Assembly (NCBI GenBank): GCA_963750995.1
Contig: CAVVST010000003.1
Span: 217,018 to 281,017, forward strand
Source: an uncultured Acidobacteriota bacterium
Lineage (GTDB): Bacteria; Acidobacteriota; Vicinamibacteria; Vicinamibacterales; UBA2999
Direction of reading: 5' to 3'
Length of the DNA: 64,000 bases
Shown here: in pieces, positions 24,866 through 35,433 of the stretch
How the letters are laid out: each line of letters starts with the position of its first letter
How positions within the stretch are numbered: position 1 is the first letter of the stretch
Made by a program: the position numbers and the translations under genes
Notes under the pieces: generated by a model
What the model was told of the DNA's origin: nothing
What the model saw: only the letters and a program-made list of their open reading frames with translations
The model's database searches: none

Positions 24866-26434
24866 ATGAATAGGGGAACAATGCAGACAATGGCGGCGTT
24901 GGGCGGACTGGTTATCGTCTTGATTCTCCTGCCACCGCAACCCTTGCAAAGCCAGGACGAGTCTTTCCCGGTGATGGAGACGACGATCACGGATGTACAC
25001 AATGCGTACAAATCCAGGAGGTTGACTGCCCGGCAGCTCGTTCAGATGTACCTGGATCGGATTGACGCCTACGACAAGAACGGGCCGATGATCAACTCGG
25101 TCATCAACATCAATCCGAAGGCGCTGGAGGAAGCCGACAAGCTTGATGCAGCGATGAGGTCTGGGTTCGTCGGTCCCTTGCACGGAATCCCCGTCGTGCT
25201 CAAGGACATGATCGACGTGGCCGGGTTGCCGACGACGTACGGTTCGTCGATCATGAAGAATTTTGTACCCACCAAGGACGCGTTTGTCGTGGAGAAGCTA
25301 AAGAAGGCGGGTGCGATCATTCTGGCCAAGGTCACTCTGGGTGAGTTCGCCGGAGGAGACACTTATGGTTCGTTGTTTGGCGAGACCCGCAATCCTTATG
25401 ATCCATTGCGTACCGTCGGCGGTTCCTCCGGTGGCACGGGCGCGAGTGTGGCGGCGAACTTCAGCACGATTGGCATCGGCCAGGAGGGCTTTGCTTCTAT
25501 CAGCCGGCCGGCCGCCTGGAACAACATCGTCGGCCTCAGGCCGACTCCAGGCCTGGTCAGTGGTGGCGGATTGGGACCGATGACGCGCACGGTGACGGAT
25601 CTCGCCACCGTGCTGGATGTGATTGCCGGCTATGACCCGGAGAGCCCGGAGACGGCGCTGGGCGTCACACAGGTTCCGGAGAGTTACACCAAGTTTCTGG
25701 ACGCGAACGGCCTGAAGGGTGCGCGCATCGGAGTCCTGCGCGAGCCAATGGGATATTTCAGTGACCCGCAGTCAGCGGACTTCAAAACTGTTACCGGTGT
25801 CTTCGACAAAGCCGTTGCCGAACTGAAGGCCGCCGGCGCCGACGTCGTGGATCCCATAGTGATTCCTCACTTGAACGCTCTCCTGGCCAAGAGACGTCAG
25901 GGCGGCGGAAGACCTTCAGGCATGAGAACGGGCAGCAGGGCGGCCCAGGAACGCAACGACGAGATCAGGCGGTATCTCGGTCAGATACCGAACTCCCCGT
26001 ATAAAACAATGCAGGAGGCTCAGAACGGGCCGGAAAGACGCAGCAAGGGAACGGTGGGCTTTGACGGGGACTACGCCGACTATCGTGTCGCGCAGGATGA
26101 TTTGCTGATCAACACCTTGAAGGTGATGGCAGACCATAAATTAGACGCCATTGTTCACAAGACCGTCGAGCATACGGCGACCTTGATCCGGGACTACACC
26201 AATCCGCCGTACTCGAACATGAAAGGCACTACTCATCTGAGCACATTCCTGGGTCCTATCGCGACGGTCACGGTGCCGGCAGGATTTACACCGGAAGGAC
26301 TGCCGGTAGGGATTACCTTCTTCGGCCGCGCGTATAGCGAGGCAACAATGATCAAGCTGGCCTATGCCTACGAGCAGTCCACTCATCATCGGAAGCCCCC
26401 AAAAACCACGCCGGCACTTTTGGCCAGGCCGTGA
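24866..26434 (+). CDS. secreted amidase (amidase-signature family, GatA-like)
   Basis: LHGIPVVLKDMIDVAGLPTTYGS and GGSSGGTGASVAA are amidase-signature motifs. N-terminal signal MQTMAALGGLVIVLILLPP. Visibly AT-richer than its neighbours. Confidence 0.85.
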   Translation: MNRGTMQTMAALGGLVIVLILLPPQPLQSQDESFPVMETTITDVHNAYKSRRLTARQLVQMYLDRIDAYDKNGPMINSVININPKALEEADKLDAAMRSGFVGPLHGIPVVLKDMIDVAGLPTTYGSSIMKNFVPTKDAFVVEKLKKAGAIILAKVTLGEFAGGDTYGSLFGETRNPYDPLRTVGGSSGGTGASVAANFSTIGIGQEGFASISRPAAWNNIVGLRPTPGLVSGGGLGPMTRTVTDLATVLDVIAGYDPESPETALGVTQVPESYTKFLDANGLKGARIGVLREPMGYFSDPQSADFKTVTGVFDKAVAELKAAGADVVDPIVIPHLNALLAKRRQGGGRPSGMRTGSRAAQERNDEIRRYLGQIPNSPYKTMQEAQNGPERRSKGTVGFDGDYADYRVAQDDLLINTLKVMADHKLDAIVHKTVEHTATLIRDYTNPPYSNMKGTTHLSTFLGPIATVTVPAGFTPEGLPVGITFFGRAYSEATMIKLAYAYEQSTHHRKPPKTTPALLARP

Positions 26435-26447
26435 CACGGAGGGAATC

Positions 26448-29390
26448 GTGCTGAGCATTGGCAAGATTGGATTGGTCTTCGGGTTCGCGGTGTTGTTGCC
26501 GGTCGTGGCGTCCGCGCAGGCGACGATCAGCGGCGTGGTGAGAGACGCGTCGGGCTCTGTGCTTCCCGGCGTCACGGTCGAAGCGGCGAGTCCGGCGCTG
26601 ATTGAAAAAGTCCGGACGGCCGTGACGGACGGCACCGGACAGTACGCGATCGAGAATCTGCGGCCCGGGCTGTACACGGTGACGTTCACGTTGCCGGGTT
26701 TCGCGGTCGTGCAGCGGGAAGGAGTCGAGCTGTCGGGGAGCTTCACCGCTCGCATCAATGCCGACCTGCGCGTGGGCGGGATCGAAGAAACCATCACGGT
26801 CACTGGAGAGTCACCGGTGGTTGACGTGCAGAGCACACGGCAGCAGCGGGTGCTGGATCGTGAGGTCCTCGATGCGCTACCCAGTTCAGGACTCAGAACT
26901 GCTCTGGGCGTGCTGATCCCGAGCGTCGATTTCCGGCGGCAGGATGTCGGTGGGGCGGGGGTGAGGGCCGTGACCGGAAACATGACCGCCCATGGCGCCA
27001 GGTCGGAAGATGCCGGGACGACCTTGCATGGAGTGTCGATTGCCACGTTCAGTACCGGCGCCGCGACCGCGACCATCTTCTTGAATCCGATGGGCCTTCA
27101 GGAAGTGACCATTGACACCGGGTCGAACAATGCCGAGCTGCACGCGGGAGGTGTCCGCTCCAATTACACCCTTCGCGAAGGGGGCAACACGTTCAACGGG
27201 GTCATTTTTGGCGCCTACGCACCCGGCAAGTTGCAGACCGACAACCTGACCGACGACCTGCTCGCCCGCGGACTGAGCACGCCGAACAGCATTAAAGCGA
27301 ACTGGGACATCAATCCCGCCTTCGGCGGCCCGATTCTGCGCGACAAGATCTGGTTTTTCGCGGCGGCGCGGTACAACGTGACCGCCGACTACGTGGCCGG
27401 ACTGTACTGGAATCGCAACACCAACAATCCCAATGCCTGGACGTACGAACCCGATACCAGCCGCCGGGTATGGAACGAGCAGAAGCAGCCGGACACGCAG
27501 CTTCGCCTCAGCTGGCAGGCGACCCCCCGGCACAAGCTGGGGTTCACTTGGTACGACACTACCTATTGCTTCTGCCCGACCGACGCTTCGCTCACGCGCT
27601 CCTGGGAAGCCGGCGTCGGCCAAGACTACCCGCTGCAGCGCCTGGTCGCCGGCGACTGGACGTTTCCGGCCACCAACCGCATGCTCTTCGAGGGGAACGG
27701 GCAGGTCTACAAGTCGGAAAGCAACCGTTCGCCCTGGAATGGTCTGGCTGCGGGGATGATCCCGGTGCAGGAGCAGTCGACGGGCATGTTTTATCGCGCC
27801 GGCGACCAGTACCGGATCCAGCCTCAGAGCATTTACACGCTCCGAGGCGCCTTCTCGTACGTGACCGGTGCGCACGCGTTCAAGGTCGGAGCCGCCAACA
27901 AGAGCGGTGGCACCGACCTGGCCGATTACGACCTCGTGCCGGTGAGCTATCGCTTTAGAAACGCGGTACCCAACCGCATCACCCAGCGTGCTCTGGGGGG
28001 ATGGAGTGCAGACGTCGATGCCGATCTGGGACTCTACGTCCAGGACCGCTGGACGCTCAGCAACCTGACGCTGAATTACGGGCTGCGGTACGACTTCTTC
28101 AGCAACAGCTACCCAGAACAGCACATCGGTCCGACGACCCTCGCGCCGACGCGGAACATCACCTTCCCTGCGCAGGATGGCTGGACCCTTCACGACCTGT
28201 CGCCGAGGCTCGGGGCTGTGTACGACCTCACCGGCACGGGGAAGACCGCGCTCAAGGCGAGTCTGAATCGCTACGTGATCGCCATGGGGCCGGATGTCAG
28301 CTTCATCCAGCTCGCCAACCCGTCGCGCAATCTGGTCACATCGGCGACCCGGACGTGGACGGACGCCAACCGCAATTACGTCCCCGAGTGCGATCTCCTC
28401 AACGTCAGATCGAACGGGGAGTGCGGCGCGCTGTCCAACGAGAACTTCGGCACCGTAGTCACGAACCTGACCTACGACGAAGAGACGCTGACCGGATGGG
28501 GCAAGCGGAATTTCAACTGGGAGGTCTCGGCGGGTGTGCAGCAGGAGTTGTTGCCGCTGGTCTCCGCGGAGATCAATTACTTCCGCCGCTGGTACGGCAA
28601 CTTCGTCATCGTCGACAATCTCGCGGTGGGGCCGGCGGACTTCGATCGGTTCGTCATCACCGCGCCGCAGGATCCACGGCTGCCCGGCGGCGGCGGCTAC
28701 CAGGTGGAAGGGTATGACATCAAGCCGGCGAAATTCGGCGTCGCGGCGCAGCCGTACGTGACGCTCTCGCGCAAGTACGGGCAGCAGCAGGACTACTGGC
28801 AGGGCATGGACTTCATCGTGAACGCGCGGCCGCGTCCTGGCGTGATGTTCCAGGGCGGCCTGAGCACGGGACGGCGCGTGGAAGACAACTGCGACGTCAT
28901 AACGAAGGTGGACAACCCGAGCGCCTTGTATTGCCACCGCACCGAGCCGTGGCTCACCCAGGTCAAGGGATACGGCTCGTACACAATTCCGCGGGTGGAC
29001 GTGCAGTTCAGCGGGACCTACCAGACCAAGCCGGGCCCGCTGGTCCTGGCCATCTATACAGCGACCAACGCCGAAGTGGCGCCGAGTCTTGGCCGCAATC
29101 TGGCGGGCGCCGCACCGAACGTCGACATGCACCTCGTCTCGCCTGGCCCGTACACGACCACCAACGGCGGATCAGGGGAGATGTACGGAGAACGGCTCCA
29201 CCAGGTCGACCTGCGCGTCTCGAAGCATCTGAGCGTCGCCGGCACACGCACGCGGCTGAACGTCGATATCTACAACGCCCTCAACTCGAGCGCGGTGCTG
29301 TCGCAGAACAACACCTTTGGCGCCTGGCAGACTCCGCTCGAGATCCTGGTGGCCCGGTTCTACAAGTTCAGCCTGCAGTTTGACTTCTAG
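26448..29390 (+). CDS. TonB-dependent receptor (CarboxypepD_reg-type N-terminus), intact (TBDR2)
   Basis: GTG at 26448 follows GGAGGG and lies after the amidase stop at 26432-26434. Signal ...LLPVVASAQA, then ISGVVRDASGSVLPGVTVEA. C-terminal ...LVARFYKFSLQFDF with terminal Phe. Confidence 0.9.
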   Translation: MLSIGKIGLVFGFAVLLPVVASAQATISGVVRDASGSVLPGVTVEAASPALIEKVRTAVTDGTGQYAIENLRPGLYTVTFTLPGFAVVQREGVELSGSFTARINADLRVGGIEETITVTGESPVVDVQSTRQQRVLDREVLDALPSSGLRTALGVLIPSVDFRRQDVGGAGVRAVTGNMTAHGARSEDAGTTLHGVSIATFSTGAATATIFLNPMGLQEVTIDTGSNNAELHAGGVRSNYTLREGGNTFNGVIFGAYAPGKLQTDNLTDDLLARGLSTPNSIKANWDINPAFGGPILRDKIWFFAAARYNVTADYVAGLYWNRNTNNPNAWTYEPDTSRRVWNEQKQPDTQLRLSWQATPRHKLGFTWYDTTYCFCPTDASLTRSWEAGVGQDYPLQRLVAGDWTFPATNRMLFEGNGQVYKSESNRSPWNGLAAGMIPVQEQSTGMFYRAGDQYRIQPQSIYTLRGAFSYVTGAHAFKVGAANKSGGTDLADYDLVPVSYRFRNAVPNRITQRALGGWSADVDADLGLYVQDRWTLSNLTLNYGLRYDFFSNSYPEQHIGPTTLAPTRNITFPAQDGWTLHDLSPRLGAVYDLTGTGKTALKASLNRYVIAMGPDVSFIQLANPSRNLVTSATRTWTDANRNYVPECDLLNVRSNGECGALSNENFGTVVTNLTYDEETLTGWGKRNFNWEVSAGVQQELLPLVSAEINYFRRWYGNFVIVDNLAVGPADFDRFVITAPQDPRLPGGGGYQVEGYDIKPAKFGVAAQPYVTLSRKYGQQQDYWQGMDFIVNARPRPGVMFQGGLSTGRRVEDNCDVITKVDNPSALYCHRTEPWLTQVKGYGSYTIPRVDVQFSGTYQTKPGPLVLAIYTATNAEVAPSLGRNLAGAAPNVDMHLVSPGPYTTTNGGSGEMYGERLHQVDLRVSKHLSVAGTRTRLNVDIYNALNSSAVLSQNNTFGAWQTPLEILVARFYKFSLQFDF

Positions 29391-29719
29391 AATGTCTGGC
29401 GGCGGGAGGGCCCAGCGGCCTTTCCCGCCGCCCGTCCGCCAACCTCGTTAGCAATCCACTCTTCGTTCATCTGGTCGCAGTAGTGGTGCGACTCCATCTG
29501 CATGTTTGGGTCGTCCTTCGCGGCGTGGAAACCGTTCAGGTAGGTGGAAATCTTTTCGATGGGAGCCTTGCTCTGAAGCAGGTTTGCGCCGGTCTCGAGG
29601 GTCGCGGTCGTCACCGCACGGTCCTCACCGGGCTCGTCCGCCTGCGGTTCTGTGTTGCCACCACGGCATGCGACCGCGAGCAACGTCATCAGCAGGGGGG
29701 TGCACTTGAGGATCGACAT
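29387..29719 (-). pseudogene. truncated DUF1264-like putative lipoprotein
   Basis: GGAGG Shine-Dalgarno sequence. MSILKCTPLLMTLLAVAC (lipobox-like). IEKISTYLNGFHAAKDDPNMQMESHHYCDQMNEE fits my recollection of the DUF1264 core. Similarity ends about 70 nt before the convergent TBDR2 stop, so the C-terminal half is missing. Confidence 0.4.
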
Positions 29720-29877
29720 GACGGCCTCCGCGGTGTTTCTTAGCACGCGGTGCGCCATTCCGAATCCGGTTGAAACTTGCCATCATTAACTGTCGGCGGC
29801 ACATGCGGGATGGGCGCGCTTGGGTTCTGAACGTCTAGCCGTCTGCCTCAGGGGACCGTCGCGGGCATCCCGCGAGC

Positions 29878-30249
29878 CTACGGCTGGAGCAGCGGGATGC
29901 TCTCGATCGGCCGCGGCATGGGACGCGACTGTAGATACGCGTGAATGTGCCCGAGCTGCTCGTCTGAGACGACCCTCTCCGGATAGTTCGGCATCCGCTC
30001 CGGCGGTCGCCGAACGTATGTCGTGAACGCCGCGCGGGGAAGCGGTCGCGGGGCGATTCTCGGCGCGGCGCCCCCTTGGCCCTCGTAGCCATGGCACGTC
30101 CAGCAGCCCAAGCTGACGAACAGCTTCTTGCCGGCGTCGGCGTCGCCGGCCGGCGTCGTTTGCGCTGGCGTTTGCGCTGGCGTCTGGGCCGCGGCGCCTG
30201 CCGCCGCGAGCACGAGCACCGCGAGCAACATCAACATCCAGGTCTTCAT
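29878..30249 (-). CDS. monohaem class I c-type cytochrome (exported)
   Basis: GGAGG Shine-Dalgarno sequence. MKTWMLMLLAVLVLAAAGAAAQ signal, CWTCH haem site, and a distal Met candidate in RMPNYP. The start is 11 nt after the ThDP2 stop. Confidence 0.8.
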   Translation of the reverse strand: MKTWMLMLLAVLVLAAAGAAAQTPAQTPAQTTPAGDADAGKKLFVSLGCWTCHGYEGQGGAAPRIAPRPLPRAAFTTYVRRPPERMPNYPERVVSDEQLGHIHAYLQSRPMPRPIESIPLLQP

Positions 30250-30260
30250 GCCGTGACCTC

Positions 30261-32165
30261 CTACCGGGGTTGCGTCACCACGTCGATGAGCGACGGCTCG
30301 CCGCTCTTCACGACCTCGAGCGCGCGGCGGATCGCCGGTCCGAGTTCGTTCGGGTTGGTAATCGGCCCCTGCGCGTGGACACCCATCCCCTGCGCGATCC
30401 TCGCGAAGTCGACGTTCGGGTTCTCGATCGTCGTTCCGATGTGCGCACGTGTCATGTCGCGATTGCGCCAACTGGCCATGCGCTGGAGGTGCATGATCTC
30501 CTGGTGGTAGGCGCGGTTGTTGTGCATCACCGACAGCAACGGAATTCGATGATGCGCGGCCGTCCACCAGACGCCGGGCGCGTAGAGAAAGTCACCGTCG
30601 CTCTGAATGTTCACCGAGATGCGCCCGTGTTTCTTGTTGGCGAGCGCGCCGCCCACCCCCGCCGGTGCGCCATAGCCGACGCCCGTGGCGCCCGATGAGT
30701 TGCCCGGGTTGTGGTACGGCTGGGTGAAGTTCCACAGACGGAACACCCAGTCGCTGGTGTTGCCGCTTTCGGACACAAACGACCAGTCCTCGTTCCGGAC
30801 CTGCGCCCAGACCTCGGCGGCCAGGCGCGCCGTGCTGATTGGCGACGCGTCCCAGGCGTATGCGGCCTCCGCGCGCGCCGCCTCCAGACCTCGAACGTGC
30901 GCCTGCTCCAGCCGCTGCCGGCGTTCTCCAAAGGCGCGGCGCCGGTCGTCGGTGACCAGACGTCGACACGCGTCGATGAGCGCCGGGAGCGTGGCCTCTG
31001 CGTCGGCGGCCATTGCCACGTCCACCTCCGCGTAGCGCTGGAAGTCCTGATAGTTGCTCTTCATGTAGAGGGCGGTCGACTCGATACTGATGAGCCGGAC
31101 GCCCGGCCTGGCGCGGGGGAAGGCCGTCAACTCGAGGCCCAGAATGACATCGGCATCGGCCATCGGCTGACGGCTTGCGGTCTGGTTCAGCGGATGGCGA
31201 GAGGGAAAGTTCATCCGCCCGCGCTGATCGATGACCGACGCCTGTAGCGTCTCGGCCAGCTCGATCAGCAAGGCCATCCCGGCTGGCGTCCGCGCGGCGC
31301 GATCGGCCACGATGACGGGGTTCTGAGCGTTGACGAGCAACCGTGCGGCTTCGGCAACCGCCCCCGAATCGCCCTGGGGCGGAGTCGCCACCGTCAGGCG
31401 TGGCACACGCAGCCGCGAGGCAACCTCCGGTGCAATGGGATCTTCCTGGAGATGGGCGTCGATGACGATCACGACCGGCCCCATCGGGGGCGTCATCGCG
31501 ATCTTGTAGGCGCGCACGGCCGACTCGGCGAAGTGCCCCAACGAGGCCGGCGTATCGTCCCACTTGACGAAGTCGCGGACCAGGGCAGCCGCGTCCTGCA
31601 CGCTGTGCTGCCACTCCACGCTCCCTCCCCGCTCCGCCGCATCCAGGTGGTTGCCCGCAAGGATGAACACCGGGACGCGGTCACAGTACGCGTTGTAGAC
31701 GGCCATCGTCGCGTGCTGGAGCCCGACCGTCCCATGACACAGCACGGCCATCGGCTTGCCTTCGACCTTGTAGTAGCCATGGGCCATCGCGACGGACGAT
31801 TCCTCGTGGCAGCAGGTAAGGAACTCGGGCGACTGGTTGTTGCCGTAGTTGATGATCGACTCGTGGATGCCGCGGAAGCTCGAGCCGGCGTTCGACGCAA
31901 CGTATTCGAAGTCGAGCGACTTGAGGACGTCCAGCATGAAGTCGCTGCCCGGCCGGCCGGTCGGACCCGCCTCGACCTCGACCACCGGGTCGACCTCGCG
32001 GACCCCCACCGGCGGCGTGGTGGGCCCGGCCCCCTGGGCTGGCGCGGCCTGAGGTACCGCGGCGGGTGCGGCGTTCGCAGCCGCGTCCGGCACCAGCGCC
32101 GCAGCGCCGGTCACGGCGGCACCTTTCAGAAAGCTCCGGCGATCGACGGCAGGTTTCCTCGACAT
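30261..32165 (-). CDS. Tat-exported thiamine-diphosphate-dependent enzyme, copy 2
   Basis: Start at the internal ATG 32165: MSRKPAVDRRSFLKGAAVTGAAALVPDAAANA (RRxFLK). CCHEESSVAMAHGYY; IQSDGDFLYA...LSVMHNN. The longer ORF-track start (32516) overlaps divergent TBDR3. Confidence 0.85.
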   Translation of the reverse strand: MSRKPAVDRRSFLKGAAVTGAAALVPDAAANAAPAAVPQAAPAQGAGPTTPPVGVREVDPVVEVEAGPTGRPGSDFMLDVLKSLDFEYVASNAGSSFRGIHESIINYGNNQSPEFLTCCHEESSVAMAHGYYKVEGKPMAVLCHGTVGLQHATMAVYNAYCDRVPVFILAGNHLDAAERGGSVEWQHSVQDAAALVRDFVKWDDTPASLGHFAESAVRAYKIAMTPPMGPVVIVIDAHLQEDPIAPEVASRLRVPRLTVATPPQGDSGAVAEAARLLVNAQNPVIVADRAARTPAGMALLIELAETLQASVIDQRGRMNFPSRHPLNQTASRQPMADADVILGLELTAFPRARPGVRLISIESTALYMKSNYQDFQRYAEVDVAMAADAEATLPALIDACRRLVTDDRRRAFGERRQRLEQAHVRGLEAARAEAAYAWDASPISTARLAAEVWAQVRNEDWSFVSESGNTSDWVFRLWNFTQPYHNPGNSSGATGVGYGAPAGVGGALANKKHGRISVNIQSDGDFLYAPGVWWTAAHHRIPLLSVMHNNRAYHQEIMHLQRMASWRNRDMTRAHIGTTIENPNVDFARIAQGMGVHAQGPITNPNELGPAIRRALEVVKSGEPSLIDVVTQPR

Positions 32166-32352
32166 GGCGCTCCCCTTATGAGTCCGACGCGCAGTGTATC
32201 CGAATCGGTACCCGGTTGCGGCAGGCCAGGGGGGGCCCGATTGACTCCGTCCAGCATTGATGATACCTACGCTGGCGCGGGCGGCCGGCCATTGGCGTGG
32301 GTCGCCTGACACGGAAGCGGAATCCAAGATAGCGGAGATGGGCGTGCAAAAA

Positions 32353-35333
32353 ATGAACAGAATCGGAGCGATGTTCGTGATCGCGCTGCTGCTTCCGGCT
32401 GCGGCGTTCGCACAGGCCGCGATCAGCGGCGTGGTGCGAGGACGCGTCGGGAGCGGTACTGCCGGGCGTGACGGTCGAGGCGACGAGCCCGGCGCTAATC
32501 GAGAAGGTCCGGTCAACCGTGACGGACGGCACCGGTCAGTACGTAATCGAGAACCTGCGGCCCGGCGAGTACACGGTGACGTTCACGCTCCCGGGTTTCG
32601 CGGTCGTGCGGCGTGAAGGCGTTGCCCTGCAGGGCACCTTCAACGCCCGGATCAACGCCCAGCTCCGCGTCGGCGGCCTTGAAGAGACGATCACGGTCAC
32701 CGGAGAGACGCCGATGGTCGACCTGCAGAGCGCCACCCGGCAGGAGGTGCTGGATCGTGAAATCCTCGATACCCTCCCGTCGAGCGGATCCAGAACGGCG
32801 TTGGGCGCGCTGATCGCGGGGGTCGACTTCCGGCGGCAGGACGTCGGCGGCGCGGGGACGGCCGCCCCCACCGGCAACATGACCGCCCATGGCTCCTACT
32901 CTGAAGATGCAGCGACGACGCTGAATGGCATTTCGATCGCCAGTTTCGGGGTCGGTGCCGCGACCTCGGTCCTCTCCATGAATCCGATGGGCGTCGAGGA
33001 GATCCAGATTGACACGGGGTCGAACAACGCCGAGCTGCACGCGGGCGGGGTCCGTACCAACTACATCCTCAAGGAAGGGGGCAATGCGTTCCACGGGGTC
33101 GTGTTCGGCGCGTACGCCCCCGGCGGACTTCAGAGCGACAACCTGACGGACGACCTGAGAGCCCGCGGCCTCCCCACGCCGAACAGTATCAAGGCGAACT
33201 GGGACATCAATCCCGGGTTCGGCGGCCCGATTCTGCAGGACCGCATCTGGTTTTATTTCGCCGCGCGGTACAACGAGAACTCCGAGTACGCGGCGGGACT
33301 CTACGAGAACAAGAACCTCAACAATCCCAATGCCTGGACGTTCGAACCCGACACCACGCGCCCGGTGGCGAACGAGCAGAGGCAGCCGGATGCGCAGCTT
33401 CGCGTGACGTGGCAGGCGACGCCTCGGAACAAGGTCGGATTCACGTCGTACAACACCACCTATTGCTTCTGCCCGAGCAGCGCCTCCTCCACGACTGCCA
33501 GGGAGGCCTCTTCGCATGCCGACTACCCGGAACAGCGTCTGATCGCGGGCGACTGGACGATGCCGGCGACGGACCGACTGCTGTTCGAAGTGAAGGGGCA
33601 GTTCTACGGAGCGCAAAGCAACCGTTCGCCCGCGAGCGGCCTGGATCCGTCGATGATCAACGTGCAGGAGCAGGCCACGGGCATGTCGTACCGCGCAGGC
33701 AACGCGTACCGGTACCAGTTTCAGGATATGGGCAATATCGCGGGGTCCACGTCATACGTGACCGGTGCCCATGCGTTCAAGACCGGATTCAATTGGAAGC
33801 TGGGCACCCTCCACTTCATCGACTACGACCTCCAGCCGGTGAGCTATCGGTTCGAGAAACGCGGTACCCAACCGGATCACACAGCGCGCGCTGGGCGAGT
33901 GGAAGGCCACCGTCGATGCCGATCTGGGGTTCTTCGTGCAGGATCGCTGGGCGTTCCGCAACCTGACCATGACCTATGGGCTGCGGTACGACTACTTCAC
34001 CTTCCACTACCCTGAACAGCACATTGGTCCGGCGGTGCTCGCGCCGAATCGCGACATCACATTTCCCAGGATGGACGGCTGGAGCCTGCAGGACCTGTCG
34101 CCGCGATTCGGGGCGGTGTACGACCTCGGCGGCACGGGGAAAACCGCGCTGAAGGGCAGTCTGAATCGCTACCTGCTCGCCATGGGGCCGGACGTGGGCT
34201 TCGTCCAGCTGGCCAACCCGGCCCGCAATCTTGTGACACAGGCCACCCGGTCGTGGGCTGACGCCAACCGAGACTACGTGCCGAACTGCGATCTCACCAA
34301 TCCGAGGGGGAACGGGGAATGCGGCGCGTTGTCGGACCTGAACTTCGGCACCACCGTTTCGAGGGTGAGCTTCGACGAGGAGACGCTGACAGGGTTCGGC
34401 AAACGGACTTACAACTGGGAGGTCTCCGCCGGTGTGCAGCATGAGCTGCTCCCGACCGTCTCGGCGGACGTCACCTACTTCCGCCGCTGGTACGGCAATC
34501 ACGTGGTCACAGACGATCTCGCGGTAGGGCCTGAGGATTTCGATCGGTACAGCATCACCGCGCCGCTGAATCCGGGACTCCCCGGCGGCGGCGGCTACGT
34601 GGTCGACGGACTCTACGACATCAAGCCGGAGAAATTCGGCGTGTCGGCCGATCCGTTGATCACGCTCGATCGCCGGTTTGGGAAGATCAAGGACCAGTGG
34701 GATGGCGTCACCGCCTCGGTGAACGCCCGGCCGGGTGGGGACATATTCTTGCGGGCGGGGGTGAGCACGGGGCGGCGGCTGGAGGACATCTGCAGCGTCG
34801 TCGCAGCGACGGCGAGAGGTGAATCGCCAAATTACCGTTACGTGTGGGACAGCCCCAGCCAGCTCTACTGCGAACGCAAGGAGCCACTGCAGACGCAATT
34901 CAAGGCATTCGGTGCGTACACGATTCCCCAGCCGTTCGATGTCCAGTTCAGCGCGACCTACCAGGGCAAGCCGGGCCCGCTGATCCTGGCCGCGTACACG
35001 GCAACCAATGCGGAAGTGCGGCAGAGCCTCGGCCGGGATCTGGCAGGGGGCACGCAGAACGTCGACGTGCACCTCATGGCGCCGGGCCAGTTCAGCCGCG
35101 GGGACATGGGCATTGGGGCAGGGGAGCGCTTGGACCGACTCCACCAGGTCGACGTGCGGGTTTCGAAACTCCTCCGCTTCGCAGGGACCCGCGTCAGAAC
35201 GAACGTCGATATCTACAACGCCCTCAACTCGGCGGCGGTGCTGAGTCACAATGTCGCGTACGGCAACTGGCTGGCACCCACCGAGGTCCTGCTGGGGCGG
35301 TTCTTCAAGTTCAGCGTCCAGTTGGATTTCTGA
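32353..35333 (+). pseudogene. TonB-dependent receptor with two single-base frameshifts (TBDR3)
   Basis: Three ORF pieces: 32257-32616, 32468-34015 and 33936-35333. Removing the G at 32440 (gtgcgaGgacgcg) restores ISGVVRDASGAVLPGVTVEA. Removing one A of the aaa at 33857-33859 restores SYRFENAVPNRITQRALGEW. It ends ...FFKFSVQLDF. Confidence 0.85.
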
Positions 35334-35342
35334 TCGAATGTG

Positions 35343-35382
35343 CCGGGGACGGGAAGGTCACGCAGGGCCTTTCCGTCGCCGG
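35343..35382 (+). terminator. hairpin downstream of TBDR3
   Basis: ccggggacgggaagg (35343-35357) pairs with cctttccgtcgccgg (35368-35382): 14 of 15 positions including one G:U, with a 10-nt loop. There is no clear U-tract. Confidence 0.3.
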
Positions 35383-35433
35383 GATGTTGCCGCAACCGCC
35401 AGAACGAGCGCAGCCTCTTAGCGTGAGTCGGAT

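Noticed and set aside
26886-29132. 748-aa minus-strand ORF opposite TBDR2. Similar long antisense ORFs occur at 2035-3366, 16143-17195, 22498-23514, 32513-33616, 33816-35249, 39978-40718, 40992-42110, 55742-56875 and 61046-61960.
   Set aside because: Each lies entirely opposite a gene with strong family motifs. Their translations are Arg/Pro/Gly/His-rich without motifs. This is the typical open-antisense-frame artefact of high-GC DNA.
32166-32516. N-terminal extensions suggested by the ORF track for the exported genes: 30261-32516, 37212-39572, 47125-48858, 29878-30567, 5446-6258, 17176-17718, 15606-16115 and 50333-50866
   Set aside because: The extensions overlap neighbouring genes or are Arg/Pro-rich. 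Internal ATG or GTG codons with Shine-Dalgarno sequences give canonical Tat or Sec signal peptides right at the N-terminus.
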